32,000 nucleotides of DNA from Alkalilimnicola ehrlichii MLHE-1. Lineage in GTDB: Bacteria; Pseudomonadota; Gammaproteobacteria; Nitrococcales; Halorhodospiraceae. The translations under genes were made by a program, and so were the position numbers. The stretch is taken from positions 1,110,001-1,142,000 of the forward strand of contig NC_008340.1 of assembly GCF_000014785.1 (NCBI RefSeq), given 5' to 3'. How positions within the stretch are numbered: the first letter of the stretch is position 1; each line of letters begins with the position of its first letter. The notes under the pieces were generated by a model. That model worked only from the letters and a program-made list of their open reading frames with translations. It ran no database searches and had not been told where the DNA came from. Below, piece after piece: positions 1 through 7,576 of the stretch.

Positions 1-1242
1 CAACGACTCGTTGGTCAGGCCCAGGGCCTCGAAGCGGGCGCCGACCTCCCAGCGCGGGGCGAACCCGTAGACGGCCTGGAGGTAGAGGCCGTCCTGGCGC
101 CGGCGATCGGAGAAGCTGTCGGTGGTCTGCAGGCTGCCGTTGTTGACGCCCTGGAAGCTCTGACTCATGTAGTCGACGTCGATCTCACGCAGGAAGTACT
201 CGCCCTGCAGTCGCAGGTTGCCGTGGCCGTAGGCACCACCGCTGTCGTACTTATAAACGGCGTCCACACCGGCGAACCAGGCATCACCGTCCCAGGATTC
301 GTACCGGGTGCTGGAGTGCTGCTGCTCATTCTGGAAGGTGGTGGCGATCCCGTAGGAAAGCCCGAACTGGGCGGCGTGGTTGTAGCCGAGGTCCGGCGCA
401 ATCTTGAAGAAGCCGGTAAAGAGACGGGGTCCGGAGGCATCATCGAAGGGGTTGTCGTCCCGCCAGCGCTGCCGGGTGGGGTCCCCGGTGACGGGATCGG
501 GGGTCACCGTCACTTCCTCTACCCGGCCCGAACCGATGTAGTTGGCGATCCCGCTGGTCTCACCCTGCAGGAGTTCGACGCCGAATCGGGTATAGACCGG
601 AGTCGCTGGCACCCAGGAGAGCTGCACCCCCTTCTCCTGCAGGCCGTGGTCACCGAACAGGAACTCGTTGACCAGTGGACGGTCGACGAAGTCCCAGTCG
701 TGCGGGTGCTGCTTGTTGATGTAGCCGATGTCGGACAGGAACTTACCGGCCTTCACCTGCAGGCCCGCCGGCAAATTCTGGGTGGTCAGATAGGCCTCTT
801 CCACCTCGATGCCGGAGTCGCCCTCAATGGCCAGGATCACCATGGCGTCGAAGTAGTTGTCCACCGACGCGGAGAAGGCGATCTCCGTCTCGCGCAGGTT
901 GAAGCCCTCGTCCAGGTCATGGTCGTGGCCGTGGCCGTGGCCGTGGCCGTGGCTGTGGCTGTGGCCACTGTCAAAGCCCGCCGGGGCGTCCCACTCACCG
1001 GTGAACTCGGAGTAGTACACCCCGTCCAGGATCACCGAGAGGGCCGGGTTGAACGCGGTGCCGGAATCGACTTGCTCCCGCGTGCCGCCCAGCGGCAGCG
1101 CCTGGGCCCGAAGCCCCGGCTGATCCAGCGGGTCCCGCTGCATCTGCGAGGTCACCTCTCCATCGCCAGTCCGGTCGGCCAGCACCCCTCCCGGTGCCAG
1201 CATGACCAACGTGGCGGCAACGGCCAGCGTCTTCTTGATCAT
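1..1242 (-). CDS. Putative outer-membrane beta-barrel (porin-like) protein with a His-rich tract. The C-terminal part lies beyond the left window edge.
   Basis: This ORF is absent from the supplied track because it has no stop codon in the window. I translated it by hand from the ATG at 1242-1240: MIKKTLAVAATLVMLAPGGVLA/DRTG..., a typical Sec signal peptide. A GGGGAG Shine-Dalgarno lies 10 nt upstream. The protein contains GHSHSHGHGHGHGHDHD, then alternating aromatic/hydrophilic strand-like segments (LRLQGEYFLREIDVDY, LYLQAVYGFAPRWEVGARFEALG). It stays in frame to base 1 (...TNESL). No specific family was recognised. Confidence 0.6.
   Translation of the reverse strand, partial: MIKKTLAVAATLVMLAPGGVLADRTGDGEVTSQMQRDPLDQPGLRAQALPLGGTREQVDSGTAFNPALSVILDGVYYSEFTGEWDAPAGFDSGHSHSHGHGHGHGHDHDLDEGFNLRETEIAFSASVDNYFDAMVILAIEGDSGIEVEEAYLTTQNLPAGLQVKAGKFLSDIGYINKQHPHDWDFVDRPLVNEFLFGDHGLQEKGVQLSWVPATPVYTRFGVELLQGETSGIANYIGSGRVEEVTVTPDPVTGDPTRQRWRDDNPFDDASGPRLFTGFFKIAPDLGYNHAAQFGLSYGIATTFQNEQQHSSTRYESWDGDAWFAGVDAVYKYDSGGAYGHGNLRLQGEYFLREIDVDYMSQSFQGVNNGSLQTTDSFSDRRRQDGLYLQAVYGFAPRWEVGARFEALGLTNESL
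925..966. repeat. Seven tandem hexanucleotide units (GTGGCC x4, GTGGCT x2, GTGGCC x1). On the minus strand they encode the (G/S)-H repeat of the outer-membrane protein.
   Basis: Read directly: gtggcc gtggcc gtggcc gtggcc gtggct gtggct gtggcc. The same repeat produces the VAVAVAVA run in the spurious plus-strand ORF 223-1269. Confidence 0.95.
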
Positions 1243-1311
1243 GATTGTGTTGCTCCCCAATGCGTGTGACGTGATGCGGCCCACGAAGGGCGTCAGGTTG
1301 GCAGGTGTGAA

Positions 1312-1350
1312 ATGCAATACTGTTGCATCAAGTGGTGCAATCTATTTGCA
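1312..1350. promoter_or_regulatory. Two adjacent palindromic sites, ATGCAA-TACTG-TTGCAT (1312-1328) and TGCAA-TCTAT-TTGCA (1336-1350). Candidate operator or enhancer (UAS).
   Basis: Both are perfect inverted repeats of the form TGCAA-N5-TTGCA, with centres 23 bp apart. They lie about 70-110 bp upstream of the minus-strand OMP start and about 90-110 bp upstream of the sigma-54 -24 element of fliL. The sequence is certain; the function and the binding protein are inferred. Confidence 0.4.
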
Positions 1351-1430
1351 AGAAGGCCGGCTGTCAAGCGGGCAGGCTCTATACCTTTAGGGCTAATCCG
1401 TTACACTGGAGCTCGGCAAAAGCGCGCCAT

Positions 1431-1446
1431 TTGGCACCGCTTTTGC
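1431..1446 (+). promoter_or_regulatory. Sigma-54 (RpoN) -24/-12 promoter for fliL.
   Basis: TGGCAC-CGCTT-TTGCT matches the TGGCAC-N5-TTGCW consensus with exact GG/GC spacing. It lies about 45 nt upstream of the fliL ATG. Flagellar export and switch operons are RpoN-dependent in Pseudomonas and Vibrio. Confidence 0.55.
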
Positions 1447-1490
1447 TTCTCTCTTTCTGCGTCGGATTTCTGTCGGAGGGCGGACGGTCA

Positions 1491-1976
1491 ATGGCAACAG
1501 CCACAAGCAAACAACAGGGGATGTCCAAGCTGGTGGTCATCCTGCTCATCGCGATTCTGGTCGTGCTTCTGGCCGTGGGAGGGGCAGTTGCCGCTTATCT
1601 GACGGGGATGATCGGCTCCGTCGGCAACGACGAGCCGCAGGTGGAACAGGCGCTGGACGAGCCCATCTACATCGAGCTGGACCCCGCACTGACCGTCAAC
1701 TTCGAGCGCGGTGGCCGCATCAGTTACCTGCAGGCACGGGTGCAGCTCGAGACGCGGTACGCCTCGGTGGAAGAGGCGATCGACCGGCACATGCCGGTGA
1801 TTCGCAATAATCTTCTCGACCTGTTTGCCGATCAGGACTACCAGGAGGTGAACACCCGCGCCGGCCGCGAGGCGTTGCGTCAGGCTGCCCTGGAGGAGGT
1901 CAATCAGGTGCTGGCCGAACGCGGTGTTGAGCAAAGGCTGGAGGCGGTCTACTTCACCCGCTTCGTCATGCAATAG
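1491..1976 (+). CDS. fliL: Flagellar basal-body-associated protein FliL.
   Basis: MATATSKQQGMSKLVVILLIAILVVLLAVGG forms a single N-terminal TM helix. The C-terminus ...LEAVYFTRFVMQ is FliL-like, and the gene sits directly upstream of fliM. I chose the ATG at 1491 (GGAGGG upstream) rather than the track start at 1323, which would run through the sigma-54 promoter. Confidence 0.85.
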   Translation: MATATSKQQGMSKLVVILLIAILVVLLAVGGAVAAYLTGMIGSVGNDEPQVEQALDEPIYIELDPALTVNFERGGRISYLQARVQLETRYASVEEAIDRHMPVIRNNLLDLFADQDYQEVNTRAGREALRQAALEEVNQVLAERGVEQRLEAVYFTRFVMQ

Positions 1977-1987
1977 GGGTAGGACCC

Positions 1988-3175
1988 ATGGCCCAGGACA
2001 TACTCAGCCAGGATGAAATCGACGCCCTGCTGCATGGCGTCGACGACGGTGCGGTGGATACCGAGGACGACGCCGAGCCTGGCGAGTTGCGCTCGTACAA
2101 CTTCACCGCCGAGGAGCGGATCGTGCGTGGGCGGATGCCCACGCTGGAGATGATCAACGAGCGCTTCGCCCGGTTGTTCCGCATCGGGCTGTTCAACATG
2201 CTGCGCCGCACCCCGGAGGTGTCGGTGGTGGGTGTGGAGATGATGAAGTTCGGCGAGTACGTCCATACCCTGTTCGTGCCCACCAGCCTGAACCTGATGC
2301 GGGTGCATCCGTTGCGCGGCACCGGGTTGTTCATCATCGACCCCAAGCTGGTCTTCATCGTGGTGGACAACTTCTTCGGCGGCGACGGGCGGTTCTTCGT
2401 CAAGATCGAGGGGCGCGAGTTCACGCCCACCGAGCTGCGGGTCATCCGCATGCTTATCGATCAGGCCTTCGAGAACCTGGAGGAGGCCTGGAACCCGGTG
2501 ATGAACGCCGAGTTCGAGTACATGCACTCGGAGGTCAACCCGCAGTTCGCCAATATCGTCAGCCCCAGCGAGGTGGTGGTGGTCAGCAAGTTCCATGTCG
2601 AGCTCGACGGCGGCGGCGGCGATATCCACGTGACGCTGCCCTACACCATGATCGAGCCGATCCGGGAGCTGCTCGATGCCGGCGTGCAGTCGGACCGCAA
2701 CGAGGTGGACGAACGCTGGACCCGCTCCCTGCGCGAGGAGATGAAGTTTGCCGAGGTGGAGCTGTCCAGCGTGCTCACCGAGGTGGAGGTGAGCCTGCGC
2801 GATGTGATGAACATGAAGCCGGGCGACATCATCCCGGTGGAGTTGCCGGAGGCGGTGAAGGTGTATGCCGAGGACATGCCGGTCTTCCGCGGCCGCTACG
2901 GGGTACGTCACGGCAATACCGCCATCAAGATCACCGAGCGGATCCAGCCGCGCGCCGAGCAGGACGCCATCCATTGGCTGGAGAGCGAGGAAGAGGAGCG
3001 CGAGGCACCCGCAGAGGCGGAGGTACAGGACAAGGCCAAAGGTAAGACGGGCGACAAGGCGTCCGCGGACGGGGACAGCGGGGGCCGGGGGCGGCAACGG
3101 CGCGGCAGGGCCGCGGCGGCGTCCCGGACCGCAAGACAGTCGCGAGACCGTAACAAGGGCGGTGAGCAGTCATGA
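1988..3175 (+). CDS. fliM: Flagellar motor switch protein FliM, with a roughly 74-aa charged C-terminal tail.
   Basis: The N-terminal CheY-P-binding peptide is MAQDILSQDEIDALLHG. The FliM middle domain and C-terminal SpoA-like part (GDIIPVELPEAVKVYAEDMPVFRGRYGVRHGNTAIKITERI) are present. The stop overlaps the fliN start (ATGA). Confidence 0.95.
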   Translation: MAQDILSQDEIDALLHGVDDGAVDTEDDAEPGELRSYNFTAEERIVRGRMPTLEMINERFARLFRIGLFNMLRRTPEVSVVGVEMMKFGEYVHTLFVPTSLNLMRVHPLRGTGLFIIDPKLVFIVVDNFFGGDGRFFVKIEGREFTPTELRVIRMLIDQAFENLEEAWNPVMNAEFEYMHSEVNPQFANIVSPSEVVVVSKFHVELDGGGGDIHVTLPYTMIEPIRELLDAGVQSDRNEVDERWTRSLREEMKFAEVELSSVLTEVEVSLRDVMNMKPGDIIPVELPEAVKVYAEDMPVFRGRYGVRHGNTAIKITERIQPRAEQDAIHWLESEEEEREAPAEAEVQDKAKGKTGDKASADGDSGGRGRQRRGRAAAASRTARQSRDRNKGGEQS

Positions 3176-3852
3176 GTGAGGAGCGGAAGGATCAGACCGG
3201 CGCCGACGAGGCCTGGGAAGAGGCCATGGCGGAGCAACAGGCCGGCGAGACCGGACGTGCCCCGGAGTCGGGGCAAGCGGCCGGGCAGGACGAGGCGGCC
3301 AGCGACAGCGCGTCGGATGGGGTAGATGATGAGCCCGCCGGCGGGAAGGCCGCCGCTGATGCCGGGTCGGAGGTGGATCAGCAGGCCATGGCGGACGAGT
3401 GGGCGCGGGCTATGGAAGAGCAGACCGGCGACGACGAGGCTGGACAGAGTGGCCCGGAGGAGCCGTCCGCCGGCCAGCGCGCGGCCACCGAGGCCCGGGA
3501 GACGCAGCGCCAGGAGAACTGGCAGGCGGAACGGGCCGAGCTGGATGAGCTTGAGCCCGATGCCGGGGCCGGGCGCAATCTGGGCGATGAAGAGGCCAAC
3601 CTGGATGTCATTATGGACATCCCGGTCACCCTCTCCATGGAGATCGGTCGCACCCAGATCAGCATCCGCCACCTGCTCCAGCTCAACCAGGGGTCGGTGG
3701 TGGAGCTGGACCGCCTGGCCGGCGAGCCGTTGGATGTGATGGTCAACGGCACGCTCATCGCCCACGGCGAGGTGGTGGTGGTCAACGAGCGCTTCGGCAT
3801 CCGGCTCACGGATGTCATCAGCGCCGCCGAGCGTGTCAAAAAGCTGCGCTGA
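3172..3852 (+). CDS. fliN: Flagellar motor switch protein FliN, with a long acidic N-terminal extension.
   Basis: The C-terminal SpoA domain is LDVIMDIPVTLSMEIGRTQISIRHLLQLNQGSVVELDRLAGEPLDVMVNGTLIAHGEVVVVNERFGIRLTDV. The first ~140 aa are Asp/Glu/Ala/Gly-rich. Confidence 0.95.
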   Translation: MSEERKDQTGADEAWEEAMAEQQAGETGRAPESGQAAGQDEAASDSASDGVDDEPAGGKAAADAGSEVDQQAMADEWARAMEEQTGDDEAGQSGPEEPSAGQRAATEARETQRQENWQAERAELDELEPDAGAGRNLGDEEANLDVIMDIPVTLSMEIGRTQISIRHLLQLNQGSVVELDRLAGEPLDVMVNGTLIAHGEVVVVNERFGIRLTDVISAAERVKKLR

Positions 3853-4340
3853 TGGTTTTCCGTCGCCACCCTTCCTGCCCGTCCCCGACCGGGTGTCGAA
3901 AACCCGGCGCCGCCCTGTTGGCGGTATCCGGGATGTGGCTGCCCGGCCTGGTCTGGGCCGGTGAGGGCGGCGTGCCCAGCGTGGATGTCACCGGCATGGC
4001 GCGGGTGATTGTCGGGCTGGTGGTGGTGCTGGTGTTGATCGCCCTGCTCATGCTGGCCCTGCGCCGCATGGGCGGTGTGGGCGGGTCTGCCAATGGGCAG
4101 ATGCGCGTCCTGGGGGCCCTGTCGGTGGGCCAACGGGAGAAAGTGGTACTGGTTAAGGTGGGGTCGACCCAACTTCTCGTGGGGGTGGCTCCCGGGCGGG
4201 TACAGACTTTGCATGTGCTGGATGAGCCCCTGGAGGGGCTCGAGGCGGAGGCCACACGCGGCGCCCCGGACATGCAGGGCAGCCCGTTCGCGGAGCGGCT
4301 GCGTCGAATGATGCAGCAACACCACCACGAGAAGAAATGA
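3852..4340 (+). CDS. fliO: Flagellar biosynthesis protein FliO.
   Basis: It lies between fliN and fliP. It has one TM helix ([21 protein letters not shown]) followed by [40 protein letters not shown], a typical FliO core. There is a 1-nt overlap with fliN and a 4-nt overlap with fliP. The exact start is uncertain. Confidence 0.8.
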   Translation: MVFRRHPSCPSPTGCRKPGAALLAVSGMWLPGLVWAGEGGVPSVDVTGMARVIVGLVVVLVLIALLMLALRRMGGVGGSANGQMRVLGALSVGQREKVVLVKVGSTQLLVGVAPGRVQTLHVLDEPLEGLEAEATRGAPDMQGSPFAERLRRMMQQHHHEKK

Positions 4341-5089
4341 TGGCTCGACGCACATTCCTGATCCTGATCGCGCTGGCCGGCCTGACGGCACCCGTCGTGG
4401 TGCTGGCGCAGCCGCCGGGCCTGGAGGCGCTGCGCATCACCGAGGGTGAGGACGGTCAGACCTGGAGCCTGAGCCTCCAGGTGCTCATCCTTATGACCCT
4501 GCTGACGCTGCTGCCGGCAGGGCTGCTGATGATGACCAGCTTCACCCGCATCATCATCGTCCTGGCCATCCTGCGCCAGGCCATGGGTACGGCCTCCACC
4601 CCCTCCAACCAGGTGCTCATCGGCCTGGCGCTGTTTCTCACCCTGTTTGTGATGGCCCCGGTCTTTCAGGAGGTCCACGACACCGCGCTGGCGCCCTACC
4701 TGGCCGAGGAGATGGCGCCGGACGAGGCGCTGGAGGCGGCCAGCGAACCCATGCGCGGGTTCATGATCGCGCAGACCCGCGAGTCCGACCTGGGGCTGTT
4801 CCTGCGCATCGCCGGCTACGACCAGGTGGACAGCCCGGACGATGTGCCCTTCACGGTGCTGGTGCCGGCCTTCATGACCAGCGAGCTGAAGACCGCCTTC
4901 ACCATTGGCTTCATCATCTACCTGCCCTTCCTGGTGATTGACCTGGTGGTGGCCAGCACCCTGATGTCCATGGGCATGCTGATGCTCTCGCCCATGATTA
5001 TCTCGCTGCCGTTCAAGATCCTGCTTTTCGTGCTGGTGGACGGCTGGTCCCTGCTCATGGGCACGCTGGCCTCCAGCTTCTTCCTATAA
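4337..5089 (+). CDS. fliP: Flagellar type III export apparatus protein FliP.
   Basis: A signal-like N-terminus is followed by [40 protein letters not shown]...[21 protein letters not shown], the conserved FliP core. Confidence 0.97.
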   Translation: MMARRTFLILIALAGLTAPVVVLAQPPGLEALRITEGEDGQTWSLSLQVLILMTLLTLLPAGLLMMTSFTRIIIVLAILRQAMGTASTPSNQVLIGLALFLTLFVMAPVFQEVHDTALAPYLAEEMAPDEALEAASEPMRGFMIAQTRESDLGLFLRIAGYDQVDSPDDVPFTVLVPAFMTSELKTAFTIGFIIYLPFLVIDLVVASTLMSMGMLMLSPMIISLPFKILLFVLVDGWSLLMGTLASSFFL

Positions 5090-5135
5090 CGCCGCCGTCG
5101 CCGCCAACCGTCGAACCCATCGGGAGGGATTCGCC

Positions 5136-5405
5136 ATGACTCCGGAACTGGCCATCGAACTGGGCAAGCAGGCGCTGACCGTGGCGGTGCTGCTGGCCGG
5201 GCCCATTCTGCTGTCCGCACTGATCACCGGTCTGCTCATCGGCCTGTTCCAGGCCGCCACCCAGATCAACGAGCAGACCCTGAGCTTTGTGCCCAAGCTG
5301 GGGGTCATGGCGCTGGTGCTGTTCATCATGACCCCCTGGATGCACACCATCCTGACCGACTTTACCCGGCAGCTGTACCGCGGCATCCCGGGCTTCATCG
5401 GGTAG
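5136..5405 (+). CDS. fliQ: Flagellar export apparatus protein FliQ.
   Basis: An 89-aa two-TM protein, MTPELAIELGKQALTVAVLLAGPILLSALITGLLIGLFQAATQINEQTLSFVPKL, which is the typical FliQ sequence. Confidence 0.95.
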   Translation: MTPELAIELGKQALTVAVLLAGPILLSALITGLLIGLFQAATQINEQTLSFVPKLGVMALVLFIMTPWMHTILTDFTRQLYRGIPGFIG

Positions 5406-5430
5406 GCCGGGTCGGACGGGGGCGCGCGGC

Positions 5431-6213
5431 ATGGAGTTCACCATCGGCGAGATCACCGCCTGGGTCGGCAGCCTGATGTGGCCGCTGATGCGCGTGGGGG
5501 CGATGGTGATGGTGGCGCCGGTGTTCGGCAACCAGTTGATGCCGGTCCGGGTCCGGGTCTTTTTCGGCCTCGCCCTGGCGGTGGCTGTGCTGCCGGCCGT
5601 GGGCGAGGTGCCGCCGGTGGATCCACTCTCCGCCGAGGGCCTGCTGATCAGTGTGCAGCAGGTGCTCATCGGGCTGATCATGGGCTTTATGCTGCTGCTG
5701 GCGGTGAACGCGGTGGTGGTGGCCGGCGAGAGCATGGCCCTGGCCATGGGGCTGGGCTTTGCCACCATGGTGGATCCCCAGACCGGTATGTCGGTACCGG
5801 TGCTCTCGCAGGTGATGCTGGTGATCGTGACCCTGGTCTTCCTGGGCATAGGCGGGCATCTGATGCTCATCGAGCTGACCGCCGCAAGCTTCTCCGCCCT
5901 GCCCATCGCCGCCGAGGGGGTGGGCCGTGAGGCCTTCTTCGAGGTGGCGGCGTGGGCGTCACAGATGTTCGCCGGCGCGGTGCTCATCGCGCTGCCGGTG
6001 GTCACCGTGTTGCTGATCATCAACCTGGCGCTGGGGGTGATGACCCGCGCCGCGCCCCAGATGAACGTCTTCTCCGTGGGCCTGCCCATCACCATGCTGG
6101 TGGGCCCGGTGCTGGTGTTGGGCCTAGTGCTGCCGGTGTTGCCCACCCGCATGGCGATGATCTGGTCCCACGCCTTCGCGGTGGTGCGCGACCTGCTCGC
6201 CATCACCGGCTGA
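5431..6213 (+). CDS. fliR: Flagellar export apparatus protein FliR.
   Basis: A 260-aa polytopic membrane protein in the fliPQR position, with FliR-like WPLMRVGAMVMVAPVFG and INLALGVMTRAAPQMNVFSVGLPIT. Confidence 0.95.
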   Translation: MEFTIGEITAWVGSLMWPLMRVGAMVMVAPVFGNQLMPVRVRVFFGLALAVAVLPAVGEVPPVDPLSAEGLLISVQQVLIGLIMGFMLLLAVNAVVVAGESMALAMGLGFATMVDPQTGMSVPVLSQVMLVIVTLVFLGIGGHLMLIELTAASFSALPIAAEGVGREAFFEVAAWASQMFAGAVLIALPVVTVLLIINLALGVMTRAAPQMNVFSVGLPITMLVGPVLVLGLVLPVLPTRMAMIWSHAFAVVRDLLAITG

Positions 6214-6214
6214 T

Positions 6215-6230
6215 TGGCCGGCAATTTGCA
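6215..6230 (+). promoter_or_regulatory. Possible internal sigma-54-type promoter upstream of flhB.
   Basis: TGGCCG-GCAAT-TTGCA has correct -24 GG / -12 GC spacing and a perfect TTGCA, with two mismatches in the -24 hexamer. It sits in the 120-bp fliR-flhB gap, about 100 nt upstream of the flhB ATG. Confidence 0.3.
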
Positions 6231-6333
6231 TTACCCCCCGCAGGCCCGCCAGCGACGGAATGCCGGCGGTCACGGGGCGGCCAGGCCGGGCCAGGGAGAC
6301 AGCGCACCGGCGCGGGGATGACGGGGGCAGCTC

Positions 6334-7506
6334 ATGGCCGAAGAGAGCGAGAACGGCCAGGAGAAAACCGAACAGCCAACCCCGAAACGGCTACAGGACG
6401 CGAAGAAGAAGGGGCAGATACCGCGCTCGCGGGAGCTGACCACCACGCTGCTGATGCTGTTCGCCGCCCTGGGCATGCTGATGTTCGGCGGCTACATGGG
6501 GGAGGGCATTGTCGGCCTGCTGGAGTGGTCCTTCCAACCCGGCCGCGAACAGATCTTCGACCCCAAAGAGCCCATCGCCCGTGTCCATGAGGCCCTGGGC
6601 CGGGGCCTGCTCATCGTCGCCCCCTTCGTCGGGCTGATGATGCTGGTGGCGCTCATCGGTCCGGTTGCCCTGGGCGGCTGGACCTTCAGCGCCCAGCCGA
6701 TGATCCCGAAGCCGGAAAAAATGAACCCGGTGAAGGGCATCAAGCGCATCTTCGGCCCCAAGGCCCTGATTGAGCTGGCCAAGGGCATCGCCAAGATCCT
6801 GGTGGTGGGCGCCGTGGCCGGGGTGTTCTTCTACCTGTTTCAGGACGAGCTGCGCTCGCTGGCCCTGGCCCCGCTGCAGTCGGCCATGGCCCACGCCATC
6901 GAGCTCTTTTTCATCGCCTTCTTCGTCCTCGCCGCCTCTCTGATCATCGTGGTGGCGGTGGACGTGCCCTACCAGCTTTGGGACCACCAGAAGAAGCTGC
7001 GCATGACCCGCCAGGAGGTGAAGGACGAGTTCAAGCAGACCGAGGGTAAGCCCGAGGTCAAGGGCAAGATCCGGCAACTGCAGCGCGAGGCCGCCCAGCG
7101 CCGGATGATGGAGAAGGTGCCCGAGGCCGACGTGGTGGTCACCAACCCCACCCACTACGCCGTGGCCCTCCAGTACGACCAGCTCAGGATGCGCGCGCCC
7201 CGGGTGGTGGCCCTGGGCAAGGACCAGGTGGCGCTGCGCATCCGCGAGATCGCCGGTGAGCACGGTATCCCGCTGTTCGAGGCGCCGCCGTTGGCACGGG
7301 CCTTGTATCACACCACGGACATCGACCAGGAGATCCCCGCCGGCCTCTACATGGCCGTGGCCCAGGTGCTGGCCTACATCTACCAGCTCCGGGCCGCCCG
7401 GGGCGGGCAGAGCGAGGCGCCGCGGCGCCCGGCGCCGGACATCCCGGCGGAATTCCGGGCCTACGCCGAGCAGGGGGCGCCCGGGGAGCGGGCGTCAGAC
7501 GACTGA
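6334..7506 (+). CDS. flhB: Flagellar export switch protein FlhB.
   Basis: It starts MAEESENGQEKTEQPTPKRLQDAKKKGQIPRSRE and has four TM segments. The autocleavage motif is VVVTNPTHYAVAL. Confidence 0.97.
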   Translation: MAEESENGQEKTEQPTPKRLQDAKKKGQIPRSRELTTTLLMLFAALGMLMFGGYMGEGIVGLLEWSFQPGREQIFDPKEPIARVHEALGRGLLIVAPFVGLMMLVALIGPVALGGWTFSAQPMIPKPEKMNPVKGIKRIFGPKALIELAKGIAKILVVGAVAGVFFYLFQDELRSLALAPLQSAMAHAIELFFIAFFVLAASLIIVVAVDVPYQLWDHQKKLRMTRQEVKDEFKQTEGKPEVKGKIRQLQREAAQRRMMEKVPEADVVVTNPTHYAVALQYDQLRMRAPRVVALGKDQVALRIREIAGEHGIPLFEAPPLARALYHTTDIDQEIPAGLYMAVAQVLAYIYQLRAARGGQSEAPRRPAPDIPAEFRAYAEQGAPGERASDD

Positions 7507-7576
7507 CGGCGCCGGTGACAAAAACCCGGCAGGAGCGGCCCGCAAAGGGCCGGAGCAGAGGAGCGGATAAAAGACG

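Noticed and set aside
223-1269. A 348-aa plus-strand ORF, with a VAVAVAVAVAVA run, covering the left end of the window.
   Set aside because: It is antisense to a much more convincing minus-strand gene that has a signal peptide, a Shine-Dalgarno, beta-strand periodicity and a His tract. The plus-frame product is Gly/Val/Pro/Arg-rich, typical of a GC shadow frame. Its VA repeat is just the hexamer repeat read on the wrong strand.
1323-1490. Upstream-extended starts from the ORF track: fliL at 1323, fliA at 11897, cheY at 12713, parC at 17444, parP at 18252 and cheW at 19224.
   Set aside because: Each extension adds non-homologous, Arg/Pro/Gly-rich residues and overlaps the preceding gene or a promoter. 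In every case an internal ATG with a Shine-Dalgarno or an ATGA-type coupling gives an N-terminus that matches the family.
7543-7570. CAAAGGGC-N12-GCGGATAA upstream of flhA, resembling a sigma-28 promoter.
   Set aside because: The -10-like element ends only 6 nt before the flhA ATG and overlaps the GAGGAG ribosome-binding region. A transcript would therefore be essentially leaderless. The spacing is also off by one from the consensus.
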